In this document: piece after piece, positions 1 through 11,000 of the stretch
Layout of the letters: each line of letters begins with the position of its first letter
Numbering within the stretch: the first letter of the stretch is position 1
Virus record (IMG/VR): IMGVR_UViG_3300020460_000006
Span: 1-39,865 of that record
Length of the DNA stretch: 39,865 nt
Source: a virus
Lineage: Duplodnaviria > Caudoviricetes
Direction: 5' to 3' (one strand)
The notes under the pieces: generated by a model
Databases searched by the model: none
What the model saw: the letters and a program-made list of their open reading frames with translations, nothing else
Told to the model about the DNA's origin: nothing
Position numbers and translations under genes: made by a program

Positions 1-77
1 GAGAGCTATCAGCCGTACTCGAAGCAGATGGAGTTCCATCAGACCGGAAGCACTAACCGTGAACGGTGCTTCATGGC
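1..77. repeat. Terminal direct repeat (77 bp), identical to 39789-39865; circular assembly overlap
   Basis: GAGAGCTATCAGCC...GGTGCTTCATGGC occurs at both ends. 77 is a common assembler k-mer, and TerL reads through the junction. Confidence 0.95.
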
Positions 78-1326
78 TGGAAACCAGCTAGGCAAGACTC
101 TTTCTGGCGGCATGGAAATGGCAATGCACCTGACGGGCAATTATCCCGATTGGTGGCAAGGACGCCGTTTTAACCATCCGATCCGCGCTTGGGCAGCGGG
201 AAACTCCTCCGAAACAACTCGGGATAACCCCCAGAGGGTACTGCTCGGAGACGCCCCCGAAATCTGGGGAACAGGTTCCCTACCAGCCTCCTCCATTGTC
301 GAAGTAAAGCGTGCTAAAGGCGTCAGTGACGCGGCGGATATTATCTCTGTCCGGCACTCCAGCGGAGGCATCTCGACCCTCAAGTTCAAAACCTATGATC
401 AGGGTCGGGAAAAATGGCAGGGCGTGCCTGTGCATGTCGTGTGGTTCGATGAGGAGCCGCCTGCGGACGTTTACTCCGAGGGCGTGACCCGAACCAATGC
501 GACCCAGGGAATCGCTTATATCACGGCTACGCCGCTCATGGGCATGACGCAGGTTGTCCGCCTGTTTTACCCGGAACCCGTGGACGAGGCCAAAAGCCTC
601 GTCACGATGACGATTTACGACGCTGGTCACTACACAACCGAACAAATCGACGAAATTGTTGCAAAAACACCACCCCATGAGGTCGAGGCACGAACTCAGG
701 GCAAACCTATGCTCGGAGAAGGTCTTGTCTTTCCAGTTCCCCATTCAGAGATATTGGTCGATCCGTTTGAAATTCCTAACCATTGGGCGCGAATTATTGG
801 AATGGATTTTGGATGGGATCACCCTACTGCTGCTGCTCTTTGTGCTTGGGATCGGGATACTGACTGTTTTTATGTTACTGCCACTTATAAGCAACGTAGA
901 GAAGTTATCGCAATACATGCTACGGCAATCAAAGGTTGGGGTTCCTACCCTGTAGCTTGGCCGCATGATGGTTATAAACATGATCAATCGTCAGGCGATC
1001 AGTTGGCGATGCTGTACAGACAACACGGATTAAAGATGCTGCCAGAACATGCGACAAATACGAGTGGCGGAATTGGTACTGAAGCCCCAATCCAAGAAAT
1101 GCTTGAAGCCATGCTTACGTCAAAGTTTAAAGTATTTACGACTGCGACTTTCCTTACCGATGAGCTTTCTCAATATCACCGTAAAGCAGGTAAGATTGTA
1201 AAAATCTACGATGATGTTATATCATCTGTTCGATATGCATGGATGATGAAGCGTTTTGCTTCTGTTTCTTCTAAAAGAATCATGCCTACAGACACGGGCA
1301 TGGACTACAACCCTATTTACCACTGA
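1..1326 (+). CDS. terL: Terminase large subunit (begins at about TTG 39714 and crosses the junction; about 466 aa)
   Basis: PYSKQMEFH Q-motif, AGNQLGKT Walker A, VVWFDEEPP Walker B, TATP coupling motif, GMDFGWDHP nuclease motif and C-terminal DD. Confidence 0.95.
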   Translation, partial: ESYQPYSKQMEFHQTGSTNRERCFMAGNQLGKTLSGGMEMAMHLTGNYPDWWQGRRFNHPIRAWAAGNSSETTRDNPQRVLLGDAPEIWGTGSLPASSIVEVKRAKGVSDAADIISVRHSSGGISTLKFKTYDQGREKWQGVPVHVVWFDEEPPADVYSEGVTRTNATQGIAYITATPLMGMTQVVRLFYPEPVDEAKSLVTMTIYDAGHYTTEQIDEIVAKTPPHEVEARTQGKPMLGEGLVFPVPHSEILVDPFEIPNHWARIIGMDFGWDHPTAAALCAWDRDTDCFYVTATYKQRREVIAIHATAIKGWGSYPVAWPHDGYKHDQSSGDQLAMLYRQHGLKMLPEHATNTSGGIGTEAPIQEMLEAMLTSKFKVFTTATFLTDELSQYHRKAGKIVKIYDDVISSVRYAWMMKRFASVSSKRIMPTDTGMDYNPIYH

Positions 1327-1335
1327 GGCTTTGAC

Positions 1336-1557
1336 ATGGCTGCAATGTTTTCTAAACCACCGAAGCCGAAAACCGACCAAAGAAGTGCGGCAGATTTAGA
1401 AGAAGAAAGAACGGCCAAAGCAAACGCTCAAAAAGCAATGGCGGGCCTTACTGGCGCAAAGCGTGAATCTACTTCCAACATCATGATGGCTCGTTCTTCT
1501 GCGCAGCCTAAAGCGTCTGCTCAATTCCAATCTGCTCCATCGGCCAAGTTAGGTTAG
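1336..1557 (+). CDS. Small basic virion-associated protein upstream of portal
   Basis: GAGG SD; 73-aa K/A-rich ORF (SKPPKPK) in the slot typical of BPP-1/T7-like pre-portal genes. Confidence 0.6.
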   Translation: MAAMFSKPPKPKTDQRSAADLEEERTAKANAQKAMAGLTGAKRESTSNIMMARSSAQPKASAQFQSAPSAKLG

Positions 1558-1559
1558 CC

Positions 1560-3182
1560 ATGTTCAAAACGGCCAAAGATTGCAGGCAACAATTCCAAAA
1601 CCTTCGCTCCAAGCGCGTGAATTGGGAAAGCAGATACCAAGCTATTTCTGATTATCAGCTTGCTAGATCTGATTTCCAAGAACAAAATAAAAACCAGTCT
1701 CCAAGAGATTCTAAGATTTATGATGGTACTGCTATGGACTCTTGGTTCATGCTTACCAACGCTATTCAAGCAATCCTTGTTAATACTGAAACGAACTGGA
1801 TTTACTTTGATACGGTTTTAGATTCTGAGTTGACTGACGAAGAAATACTTTGGTTTGATTACGCGAGCAAAACGCTTTTGTCTATTTTTAGATCAGATGC
1901 TTCTCGGTTTCCTACGCAGATGAACGAAGCACTTGGTGATTTGACTGCTTTTGGCTACTGCGCAATTCACAGCCATTATGATCCGGGGATGCACACTCTT
2001 TGCTTCAATACGAGGCCGATCCCTGAGATTTACATTGATCAAAATGAAAAAGGCGACATCAATAAAGTCATTAGAAGGTTTCAGTTAAAAAACGAAGACG
2101 CATTACGCTTATATGGAGAAGCAACTCCTGATATTGTTAAGAAAGCAGTTGCTGCTAATAAACATTCTGAAGAACGCTATTGGCTTCAAACTTTCTCGAA
2201 TCACCCGGATAAGCCTAAGAAATTTATTTCTTATACCTTGATGGAAGATGATGTCAGCGGTTTTGTAACTACTGATACTTATAACGAGATGCCAATTCAT
2301 GTTGCTAGATGGAGAACTGACGCTGGCGAAGTATACGGTCGAGGCCCCGGCGTAGTAGCTGATCCGTTTGCTCGAACGCTTAACGAAGTTGTAAAAACAT
2401 GGATTAAACAAGCTCAGAAGGCTGTTGATCCGCCGCTTCTTGTTTCTGACGACGGTGTAATCCAAGGGCCTAAAACGACCCCTGGATCTATCAACTTCGT
2501 TAGTTCTTATTCCCCCGGCTCAATGGAACCCATCCGTCCCCTTAACAATGGAGCTAATTTCAGCGTGGCAAACGCTGAAATTGAGCGTCTCCAGAATTCA
2601 ATCCGCAAAGCTTATCATCACGACATTCTTCAGATTACTGACAGCAAAGAACTGACTGCATTCCACGTTCAAGAGCTGACTCAGCGAGCCCAGCAGTGGA
2701 TCGCCCCTGTCTTTCAAAGAATTAAGGTTGAGCTTATTCAGCCGATGGTTCAAAGGGCGCTTAGGCTTGCAATTCAGCACAACATTATTGCTGCGCCCCC
2801 TGCAAGTTTGCAGCAAAAAGGCATCAAGACTGTTTATATTTCGCCTGCTCAAAGAGCTAATCAGGCTCAAGAAGCAGAAGCGACAATGCGTGCAGTAGAA
2901 AGAATTATTGCCTTATCTCAAGTCTATCCTGACATTCTTGATAATTATGACGCTGATAAACTGGCTCGTCAGATTCACACTGACTTTGCTGCCGATCCTT
3001 CTATATTGAAATCCAAAAAAGAAGTTCAAATGCTTAGAAAGAATCGAGAACAAGCTAGGCAGCAACAAATGCAAGCAGAACAACAAGGTGAAATGATAAA
3101 AGCTGCTGCGCCCGCAATGGCTACGCCAGAAGGTCAAGCGCAAGCTGCTGAAGTTCTTAATCAGCTAAGAGGATCTATGTGA
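1560..3182 (+). CDS. Portal (head-tail connector) protein, T7/BPP-1-like
   Basis: 540 aa; IYDGTA, ARW..GEVYGRGP, KAVDPPL, LTAFHV motifs and a Q-rich C-terminus. Confidence 0.93.
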   Translation: MFKTAKDCRQQFQNLRSKRVNWESRYQAISDYQLARSDFQEQNKNQSPRDSKIYDGTAMDSWFMLTNAIQAILVNTETNWIYFDTVLDSELTDEEILWFDYASKTLLSIFRSDASRFPTQMNEALGDLTAFGYCAIHSHYDPGMHTLCFNTRPIPEIYIDQNEKGDINKVIRRFQLKNEDALRLYGEATPDIVKKAVAANKHSEERYWLQTFSNHPDKPKKFISYTLMEDDVSGFVTTDTYNEMPIHVARWRTDAGEVYGRGPGVVADPFARTLNEVVKTWIKQAQKAVDPPLLVSDDGVIQGPKTTPGSINFVSSYSPGSMEPIRPLNNGANFSVANAEIERLQNSIRKAYHHDILQITDSKELTAFHVQELTQRAQQWIAPVFQRIKVELIQPMVQRALRLAIQHNIIAAPPASLQQKGIKTVYISPAQRANQAQEAEATMRAVERIIALSQVYPDILDNYDADKLARQIHTDFAADPSILKSKKEVQMLRKNREQARQQQMQAEQQGEMIKAAAPAMATPEGQAQAAEVLNQLRGSM

Positions 3183-3412
3183 GCGAAGATCAAAACGTAA
3201 ACAAAGAAAAAGCCAACTTGTATGGTTCGGTATTTAACAACAAGCATGGCAATGAAGTGTTAAATGATCTTTTGAATTTTTCTGGGTTTTACGCCGATAC
3301 TTTTGTACCCAATGATCCTTACAGCACTGCATATGCAGCGGGGCAACGAAGAGTATTGCTTCGCATCTTGAGTTTCCTCAACAAAAACAAAAAGGAATTT
3401 ATTAATGAGTGA
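3179..3412 (+). CDS. Bbp19-like small head-module protein
   Basis: Y..VF....G.EVL.DL...F..DPY.TAY..GQR.V.L.I pattern; lies between portal and scaffold. Confidence 0.75.
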   Translation: MSEDQNVNKEKANLYGSVFNNKHGNEVLNDLLNFSGFYADTFVPNDPYSTAYAAGQRRVLLRILSFLNKNKKEFINE

Positions 3413-4250
3413 AGAAAATGAAACTGCCTCTGCTACTGAAGTAAACGTTCAAGACGTTGCAAGCAGTTCGTTTTTGGATTCTGTTGACGATCAGTATAGA
3501 TCTGACCCTTCCATTTCTAAATTCAGCAATATTAACGACCTTGCAAAAGAGCATGTAAATCTTCAGTCTCTTTTAGGGCGAAAAGGCGTTGTTGTTCCTA
3601 ATGCAGAAGACACTGAAGAAACTTGGCAACGGTATCGTTCCGAAGTTGGCATTCCTGAAACCCATGATGGGTACAGCAAGTCTGATTTTCAACCTCCTGA
3701 GAACGTCGGATGGGATAGCGACTTTGAATCTTCTATTGCCGAAGCCGCTCATAAATTAAATATTACAGATGACCAATTTTCTGGACTTTTAAACGCATAT
3801 GCTAATGGCATTTCGGAATCTGTAAAAAAAGCTGATGCATTAAACGATGCTGCGCATGAAGAAAGCCAAGCTCTTTTAACTAAAGAGTGGGGCGCTTCGT
3901 ATGACGCAAAAGTACAAATGGCCGGAACGGCTTTGCATCATATTACGGAGGGTAAGCCTGAAAGCTTGGCCGAAATTCATCTTTCCGATGGCACGATGTT
4001 GGGCAATAACCCTAATTTCATCAGATTGATGGCTCAAGTTGGTTCCCAAATGCAGGAAAGAGGTCTTATTGATGGTGAGGCGGTTAACAGTCTTGCCATG
4101 ACGCCTGACGAGGCACAGCAGCGTCTTTCTCAGCTTATGGCTGATCCTGAAAAATCTGCAATACTCTTTAGTCAAGATTTCCACCCCGCTAAAGCGGAGT
4201 TGGTGAAAGAAAGAGAAAGATTGCTATCTTTTGCTTATCCGCAGGAGTAA
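3405..4250 (+). CDS. Capsid scaffolding/assembly protein
   Basis: Acidic, helical protein with L.KEWG..YD and GNNP.FIR motifs; precedes the major capsid gene. Confidence 0.85.
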   Translation: MSEENETASATEVNVQDVASSSFLDSVDDQYRSDPSISKFSNINDLAKEHVNLQSLLGRKGVVVPNAEDTEETWQRYRSEVGIPETHDGYSKSDFQPPENVGWDSDFESSIAEAAHKLNITDDQFSGLLNAYANGISESVKKADALNDAAHEESQALLTKEWGASYDAKVQMAGTALHHITEGKPESLAEIHLSDGTMLGNNPNFIRLMAQVGSQMQERGLIDGEAVNSLAMTPDEAQQRLSQLMADPEKSAILFSQDFHPAKAELVKERERLLSFAYPQE

Positions 4251-4259
4251 TTCTGCGTT

Positions 4260-4349
4260 CTGGGTAGCCGAAAGGTCCAGTGCTTGAGCAAAGTGCTTCG
4301 TCGCAGAGGCGTAAATTCTGTAGGGAAAGGGTCCGATTTCGGGTAGCCC
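4260..4349 (+). promoter_or_regulatory. Structured leader of the major capsid gene with a twice-repeated internal-loop motif
   Basis: CTGG-GTAG-CC-GAAA-GG-T-CCAG (4260-4280) and GGG-T-CCG-ATTT-CGG-GTAG-CCC (4329-4349). Confidence 0.6.
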
Positions 4350-4384
4350 CGTCCTGTTAAACCCTAAAGTCAATGGAGGTGGCT

Positions 4385-5302
4385 ATGTCTACCCAAATTA
4401 CGACTTCCTTTATTCAGGGGTTCAAGCAGGGAATTGATATTCTTTCCCAGCAGCGAGGCTCCAAGCTCCAGAACGCTGTCCGCAACGAGATGCAAAGCTC
4501 GAAGCAGGACCACTATGACCAGATTAGCCCGACTGCGGTCGTCCAACGGACGAGCCGACACGGCGATACGCCTCTGGTCAACACGCCGCATTCGCGACGC
4601 AATGTCACGCTCAACGATTACGAGTGGGCTGACCTCATCGACCGTCAGGACCGCCTGCGGCTGCTGAACGATCCGGGCAACGCTTATTCGACGAATGCTG
4701 CGTATGCGATGGGCCGCAAAAAGGATGAGCTTATCCTTGATGCGTTCACGAAGACGCAGACGACGGGTGAGCTTGGCGGTGGCGCTGATGCTCCTGACGT
4801 CAACGTTGTCTTTGGCTCGGCAGCGGCTTCTGACGATGGTCCGATTACTGTTGAGAAACTGATTGAGGCGCGAACGTATCTTCTTTCCGAGGATGACACG
4901 GACGAGGAAATGTTCTGCTGCTTAACGGCGTATCAGGTTGGTCAGCTTCTTGATGATTCTCGAATCAGCAGCTCTGACTACAACACGGTCAAGGCTCTTG
5001 TTGCGGGTCAGATTGATACGTTTGTTGGGTTCAAGTTTATTCAGGTTGCCAATAGCGTTAACCCCGTGAACCACGGCTCTGCTGGTAGTGCTACGTCGAA
5101 CCGCCCCGTCTTCTTCTGGAAAAAGAGCGGCATCGTTCTTTCGACGGGAGTTGGTGAGTCGGGATCGTCGGCTCGCATTACGGAGCGTGCAGACAAGAGC
5201 TACTCGACGCAGATTTACTACTCTGCTTCGTTTGGTTCGGCTCGCATGGAAGAGGCCAAGATGTGCATCGGCTACGCTGATGACTCGGCCCCGGCGGCTT
5301 AA
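4385..5302 (+). CDS. Major capsid protein
   Basis: GGAGGT SD before ATG 4385; QQRGSKL, RTSRHGDTP, AAYAMGRKKD, SSDYNTVKALV.G.IDTF.GFKF and RMEE motifs. Confidence 0.93.
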   Translation: MSTQITTSFIQGFKQGIDILSQQRGSKLQNAVRNEMQSSKQDHYDQISPTAVVQRTSRHGDTPLVNTPHSRRNVTLNDYEWADLIDRQDRLRLLNDPGNAYSTNAAYAMGRKKDELILDAFTKTQTTGELGGGADAPDVNVVFGSAAASDDGPITVEKLIEARTYLLSEDDTDEEMFCCLTAYQVGQLLDDSRISSSDYNTVKALVAGQIDTFVGFKFIQVANSVNPVNHGSAGSATSNRPVFFWKKSGIVLSTGVGESGSSARITERADKSYSTQIYYSASFGSARMEEAKMCIGYADDSAPAA

Positions 5303-5307
5303 TTAAA

Positions 5308-5353
5308 TAAGAGATTGTCCCCGGTGCGAAGTCGTGCCGGGGACAATCTCTTA
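5308..5353 (+). terminator. Long stem-loop after the major capsid gene (terminator or processing site)
   Basis: TAAGAGATTGTCCCCGG...CCGGGGACAATCTCTTA is a 17-bp perfect outer stem, extended by G-U pairs; the U tail is weak. Confidence 0.6.
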
Positions 5354-5394
5354 CCCTTTCTAGTGCGGGGACGTACTAGAGGAGAAATAGAAAA

Positions 5395-5925
5395 ATGGCT
5401 ACTTTTTACAGTGATACGATGAGTTCCAATCAGCTTACTTCTACTTGGGATTCCCAGTTTAGGGCTGACCAATCGTTAAGAGGAAGTCGTCTTCGGATTG
5501 CCAGTGGCAATTGGACTAATGGTTCGGATACCTCGACGGTAAACGCATCTGCCGTAATCGTTGCTTATATCCTCAGAGACACTGATCGCGTTTGGGATCT
5601 TTTTGCTTACGGCAACGGAGCAGAAAGTGACAGCATTACTGTCAATCTAGGCGTTTATCAGTGGTCTTCGCAGAGCGGCTTGGGCGCAGTGGCTGATGCT
5701 GATGAGTTTGCATCCGCTTTGACCATTGGTCAGACTGCCGCAGACGCAGTTTCTGTGTTTGATGAAGCTGCTGACACTGGTCGCCGACGAGGCCAAACGC
5801 TTGCTGAACTTACTGGTGTTGCTTGTGCTGGTAACGAATGGGCTGTTTGCCTTGTAACCAGTGGAGCAATTGATCAGGCTGATTACGAGATTGGTTCTTA
5901 CTGCTATTACACGGCTGGCGACTAA
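5395..5925 (+). CDS. Capsid cement/decoration protein (Bbp16-like)
   Basis: Directly follows the MCP; beta-rich 176 aa with VNLGVY...DADEFASAL pattern; strong GAGGAG SD. Confidence 0.65.
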   Translation: MATFYSDTMSSNQLTSTWDSQFRADQSLRGSRLRIASGNWTNGSDTSTVNASAVIVAYILRDTDRVWDLFAYGNGAESDSITVNLGVYQWSSQSGLGAVADADEFASALTIGQTAADAVSVFDEAADTGRRRGQTLAELTGVACAGNEWAVCLVTSGAIDQADYEIGSYCYYTAGD

Positions 5926-5933
5926 TTAAAAAA

Positions 5934-5974
5934 GCAGACCAAGGGGGGCGGCTCAAGCCGCCTCCCTTGTCTGC
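5934..5974 (+). terminator. GC-rich hairpin
   Basis: GCAGAC-C-AAGGGGGGCGGC-TCAA-GCCGCCTCCCTT-GTCTGC, intergenic. Confidence 0.5.
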
Positions 5975-5987
5975 AAGGAGTTCTTAA

Positions 5988-7031
5988 ATGGGTGATTGGA
6001 AATCGGGCGGCGGAAATATTATTAAAAGCTCTAATTTGTTCAGCATAAAACCTCCCTCAAGAAACTTTGAGGAAACTAGTGATCGTTATGCAAATCAAGT
6101 AATAAAAAATCCTCATACTAAATTTCTAAATAGAAATGAGCTTGAATTTTCGGATCTTTCTGATTCCCAGCCAGTTCATTTAAAAAGTCAAATGACGCGC
6201 GCCGTTCAATTTAGATCAAGTAATACTATAACCAGATTTACTGACACGCTTCTTTTAGGAAAAGTGAAAGGGTCGTCCGTACTTAGATCACTTACCATGT
6301 GGTCCGATGGAGGTTTTGCCAGTTTCGTCGGAAAAATGTTTTTATTTAGTTGTCTTCCAGAGAGCATGGTCCCTGACTTGTACGGAACTCAAACGATTAC
6401 TTCTGCAAATACTTTTGCTTATTCGGATGATGATTCCAACGATAGAACTCTATTTACGTTAACTGGAGATTTTGTCGATCTTATGATTTACAATGGATCT
6501 GTTCTTAGTTTTTCGGGAACTCCTGTTGCCGATTTGAACAACTCCACAAACTACACGGTAACTAATGTTGCAAGAGCAGATGCTAACACTGTCTCTTTCA
6601 ATTTAACGGTAGGTGCCGGTGGTTCTAATGTCGATTTCCACGATGGCGAAGATCCCGTAACTGGGCAAGCTGCAACTATCAGCTTAGTTACTACCAAAGC
6701 GGTAGCGACTCTTGCTTCTTTTGGAAGTCATTCTATGAATCATGGCTTTAACCCTGATTTAGTAGAAACGTGGACGCCTTCAGCTACGAATAATCCCGAG
6801 TTGCTGCAATGGAATCATGTAGGAAGAAACGTTGCTGAAATATCTTATGAGCAATATCACAATACTGTAAACAGGGTAAACAATAAAATTGCATCTCCTA
6901 GGTTTGCCCCGAGGCCGATACACCCAAATGATTGGGCTTACATAGGGATTCAGTTTTTAGAAAATCCCACTTATGATGGTGGTTCGACTCAGGCAAGGCT
7001 TTCTGCTTTTATCGACTATATGGATCTTTAA
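5988..7031 (+). CDS. Second cement-like structural protein with an inserted beta domain
   Basis: DTLLLGKV..SSVLRSLTM and C-terminal WAYIGI...FIDY resemble the cement fold; T/S/N-rich central insertion. Confidence 0.45.
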   Translation: MGDWKSGGGNIIKSSNLFSIKPPSRNFEETSDRYANQVIKNPHTKFLNRNELEFSDLSDSQPVHLKSQMTRAVQFRSSNTITRFTDTLLLGKVKGSSVLRSLTMWSDGGFASFVGKMFLFSCLPESMVPDLYGTQTITSANTFAYSDDDSNDRTLFTLTGDFVDLMIYNGSVLSFSGTPVADLNNSTNYTVTNVARADANTVSFNLTVGAGGSNVDFHDGEDPVTGQAATISLVTTKAVATLASFGSHSMNHGFNPDLVETWTPSATNNPELLQWNHVGRNVAEISYEQYHNTVNRVNNKIASPRFAPRPIHPNDWAYIGIQFLENPTYDGGSTQARLSAFIDYMDL

Positions 7032-7032
7032 T

Positions 7033-8058
7033 ATGGGACAAGCGCAATCCGAAGTTGATGTAGCAAACAGGGCTCTAGTCCGATTGGGGCTACAAACAAT
7101 CACTGCTGCCAGTGATGACCCTATGACTTTTGCTTCTGCTATTTCTAATGGAGATACCAAGAACAGTACAGCTCTTTTAAACACTCATTTTGACGAGTGG
7201 AAAAAGGAGTTACTGCGAAGTCATCCTTGGAATTTTGCGACTACTCGGATGACCTTAATTAATCCTATTGCCACTAATCCGGGCTCGATAACAATCAAAG
7301 AAATTAGTCATTCAAATCCGGTTGTTATTGACGTAACCCCTTCTGATAATCAAGATGGATTTGACCACAACTTTTGGGATTATGATGTTGTCGAAATACG
7401 AAATGCTTTGTACACAAATTTAAACAACAACAAATATTACGTATTTAGGGGCCATGATGATGGATCTGGAAGCAATAGAATAAATCCAACTAACCATATT
7501 ACGCTTTTTAAAAAGCTTCAAAATAATGGAACGCTTCCTGCTCACGGAGTGGCTTCTGCCGGAAATTCTGAAAGAACAGATCTTGAAAGTGCAATTACTT
7601 GGAATGATGACAATCGGTATAACACTGGAACAGTAAACACCTTTGAAAAGTCTCAGTTTGATTACGAATATAATATTCCAAGACGAGTTATTAGACTTTT
7701 AAATGTTAAAGAGATACCTGAAGGCGACGAATATAGGTTGCAGCGAAGAGACAGTGCTTCTGACACTTCTCTTGATAAGATTTTGCTTTGCAATGTTAAC
7801 GATATGATCAATATTGAATTTATTGAAGATTTCAATCTGGGCAATTTTGACTTAGATAGAAGTTTTATTGAATGTCTTTCGCTTAAAATTGCTCATAAAC
7901 TTTCAGAAATGCTTATCAAAACAAGCTCTGTGACTAACGAAATACAAAAAGAATTTCAGGTTGCCCTTTCTCAAGCTAAGTCAATTGATGCCCAAGAAAA
8001 CGGTTCTATTAATGATTTTCACTCTACTTGGGCAAATGAAATGGGACGAGAAACTTGA
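7033..8058 (+). CDS. Tail adaptor (tail tubular protein A-like) with an inserted domain
   Basis: SEVDVANRALVRLG, LLRSHPWNFA, F.ECLSLKIA and AKSIDAQE motifs; true start ATG 7033. Confidence 0.85.
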   Translation: MGQAQSEVDVANRALVRLGLQTITAASDDPMTFASAISNGDTKNSTALLNTHFDEWKKELLRSHPWNFATTRMTLINPIATNPGSITIKEISHSNPVVIDVTPSDNQDGFDHNFWDYDVVEIRNALYTNLNNNKYYVFRGHDDGSGSNRINPTNHITLFKKLQNNGTLPAHGVASAGNSERTDLESAITWNDDNRYNTGTVNTFEKSQFDYEYNIPRRVIRLLNVKEIPEGDEYRLQRRDSASDTSLDKILLCNVNDMINIEFIEDFNLGNFDLDRSFIECLSLKIAHKLSEMLIKTSSVTNEIQKEFQVALSQAKSIDAQENGSINDFHSTWANEMGRET

Positions 8059-11000
8059 CCCAGGTAAACATTTCACAAAAGAATTTTTCTGGTGGAGAGA
8101 TCAGTCCTGACCTAGAGGGAAGGTCTGATCTTCAAGTCTATTCTAAAGGTTTAAGCACTAGCTTAAACGTAATGTGTACTAATAAGGGCGACTTAATTCC
8201 TCGCCCTGGGACTGAGTACGTTTCTCTTACTTCAAATATTGATACGTTGGCAAATCGCTCGCCTAAAAAAGCAAGACTTATTGCTTTTAAGGTGTCTGAA
8301 GATTTGTCTTATATGCTTGAGTTTACTGACAAAAGACTTCGGATTTTTAAAGACGGAAAAGTCTTAGAAGGCGTTACTGATAGCATTCGTTTTCCTCAAG
8401 CAGCAGCGCCTGTACATTCTAATACTCTTGCAGACATGGGTGATGTTTTAGATACGCCAGAAGCAGGGTTTTTATTTTTACGACCAAACAGGACTACACT
8501 AGACGCTGGTGATGGACCTTTTTATTTTGAGTTTGATCAAATTGTTTATGATGGTCGAGCAACTGCAAACGTTCCTACTGTGGGCGTTACCAGCAGTATT
8601 AATCTACAAACAAAAGATACTTCTGCTCAAGGTAAAGGAAGCTCAACTGAATTTAATTCTTCTCACACAGTAACGTCTGGCAATAGATTTTGGGTTCATT
8701 CAGTCGAAAGAAACGTTACTGCTCCAGCCACAGATAGAGGCGCTTACGTTGCTAATCAGCTTTGCGACATTGTTTATATAACTGACGAATATCAAAACGT
8801 TGGTATTGAAGGTGCTCAGTTAAATGTTACTGCTACTTCTAACATGACAGATTTTAGTTGGGTATTTGAAAACAAATCAATCACTTACACAGGTGGAACC
8901 TCTACTGTAGCTAGCAGTTCTAATTTAGATTATTTTGTTACGCCTTATTTAGAAGATGATTTAGACGATATTCAATTTGCTTACTACGGCGACACTATGT
9001 ACTTTGCTCACAGAAACTACAGACCCACTAAACTTGTTAGAACAGGTGAGACTAATTTTAAATACAACAATTTCTACTTTAATGGTGGACCTTGGAGGGA
9101 AAGCTCTACTTACGGAGAATCTTGGCAAGGTCTTGCCAAATTTGCCGATCCGAGCGAACTCCACCCAATTCCATCCAGCGCTGTTGAGGGTCAAAAATTT
9201 CCATTAGCCACCACTGGGGAAGTTCAATGGGATGGGGGAAATGGTACTACTGGAAAAAACATAAACGAAAACGGAATCGACACACATATATTTTTGCATG
9301 AAAACTCTCCGTCTATAAAAACTTCTTTGTCTGGTTACGATGCTGACAGCTCATGGGCTGGCAGAGCAGTTCGCATTCGTTTTAATATTGGGCAAGGCAG
9401 CGGCAGAACAAATCTTGTTGCAGACACTTTTGGTAACCTCGATACTATGCAAAAAGCTGTTACGGGCGTTGCTTCTGAAGATATTAATAATAAAGAAGCT
9501 GCATTTGATGCTTTTACATCTTTTGACACATCTACGTTTTTGTGGGCAGAAGGAGTTGTTCAAGAACAACGACACACCGCTCCTTCCAGTCTCACTATTA
9601 CAGGGAAAGGTGCTTCTGACAGAGTATTTACTTCTGCAAGTCCCGGCCTTTTGTATGTTGGATCAAACTCGTTTCTTGCGCCTGGAGACATTGTAGAATT
9701 AAACGTCATGGGTGGCGCTGGCACTCTTCCTACGCATAGCGGTGTAAATAAAAGTGATACTGAGCCAAATGCTTTAAAGCCTAACCAGTTCTATGTCCAT
9801 AGCGTTTACGATGACACGCAAGTTTACCTTTGCGATTCATACGCAAAGGTAAACGTAGACTCTCAGCAATTTTCTGGAAGTTACACTTCTACTGACGAAA
9901 GCGCAGATACAGTTACTGTTGTTTTAAGAAAACATACTAATCCGACGCGACAATTAAGAATCAAAATAAACAAACCTTTTGCTTTTACTAATCTTATTGC
10001 TGAATCGAATAATGAAGTATGGGTTTGGCTCAAAGCAAGCAGTCAGACCAGAATTGGTCATTTATTTGAAGATCCCTTAGATGACGGAACAGGTGGTTGG
10101 CCTGGGGCTATATGCGTATTTGATAACCGATTGTTTTTTGCTTCAAACAACGAAAACCCAAGCATGATGGCTGCTTCTGTAAAAGGAGATTTTGAAAACT
10201 TTACTCCTGATGATGGTGGAAGTAATTCCGCTAACAATGTTGACGATCCAGATACAGACGTTTATTGGGCGCCTGGAGGCACTCAAAATCCAAGAACTTT
10301 TCCAACTGATTCTTTTACTTACAGCTTGCAAGAGGGTACTTCTGGGAAGATTTTATGGATGAAAAACATGCCACAAGGCTTAGCTGTTGCTACGGCTAAT
10401 GGCATATACATGAGCAACAAGCCTCAGCGAAATGAGACTTACGGTCCTGGCAACTGGAAAATGGATCTGATTTCAGAAGAAGGGGCTAATTCTACTTATC
10501 CTGAATATATTGATGGAAAACTTTATTACATAAACGCTCGCGGAGATAAGCTTTTAAGTCTTAAGTATTCTGTAGAAGCTGATGCTTTTAAGCCTACTGT
10601 AGAATCAATTATTAGCGAACATTTATTCAAAGACGGAATCGTGGATATGGCTTTTGCCAGATCTCCGATTCAGGTTCTTTGGCTTGTCTCTAAAAATGGC
10701 GATTTAATTTCTGGAGTAATTTTAGATTCCGAAGAACAAAAAGCTTTTTTTAATCACAGGATTGCTGGTCCTGCTTACCTTGCTCGCCCAAGATCTAAAG
10801 TAAATTCAATTGCAGTTATTCCATCTGTAAACAAAGATTTTGATCAACTTTGGTTAAGCGTTGAACGCAATGTTTCAATTACAATTGACACAGCAGACAC
10901 AGCAGATACGGCAGGGCCTTATAACACTTTAGAATGCTTAACTCAGTACAGCCCTTATTTATCTGACACAAAAGACTTTGTTGGTTTAGATTTGTCTATT

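Noticed and set aside
10888-10914. GACACAGCA micro-repeat in the nozzle gene
   Set aside because: A short in-frame DTA repeat, probably a loop expansion.
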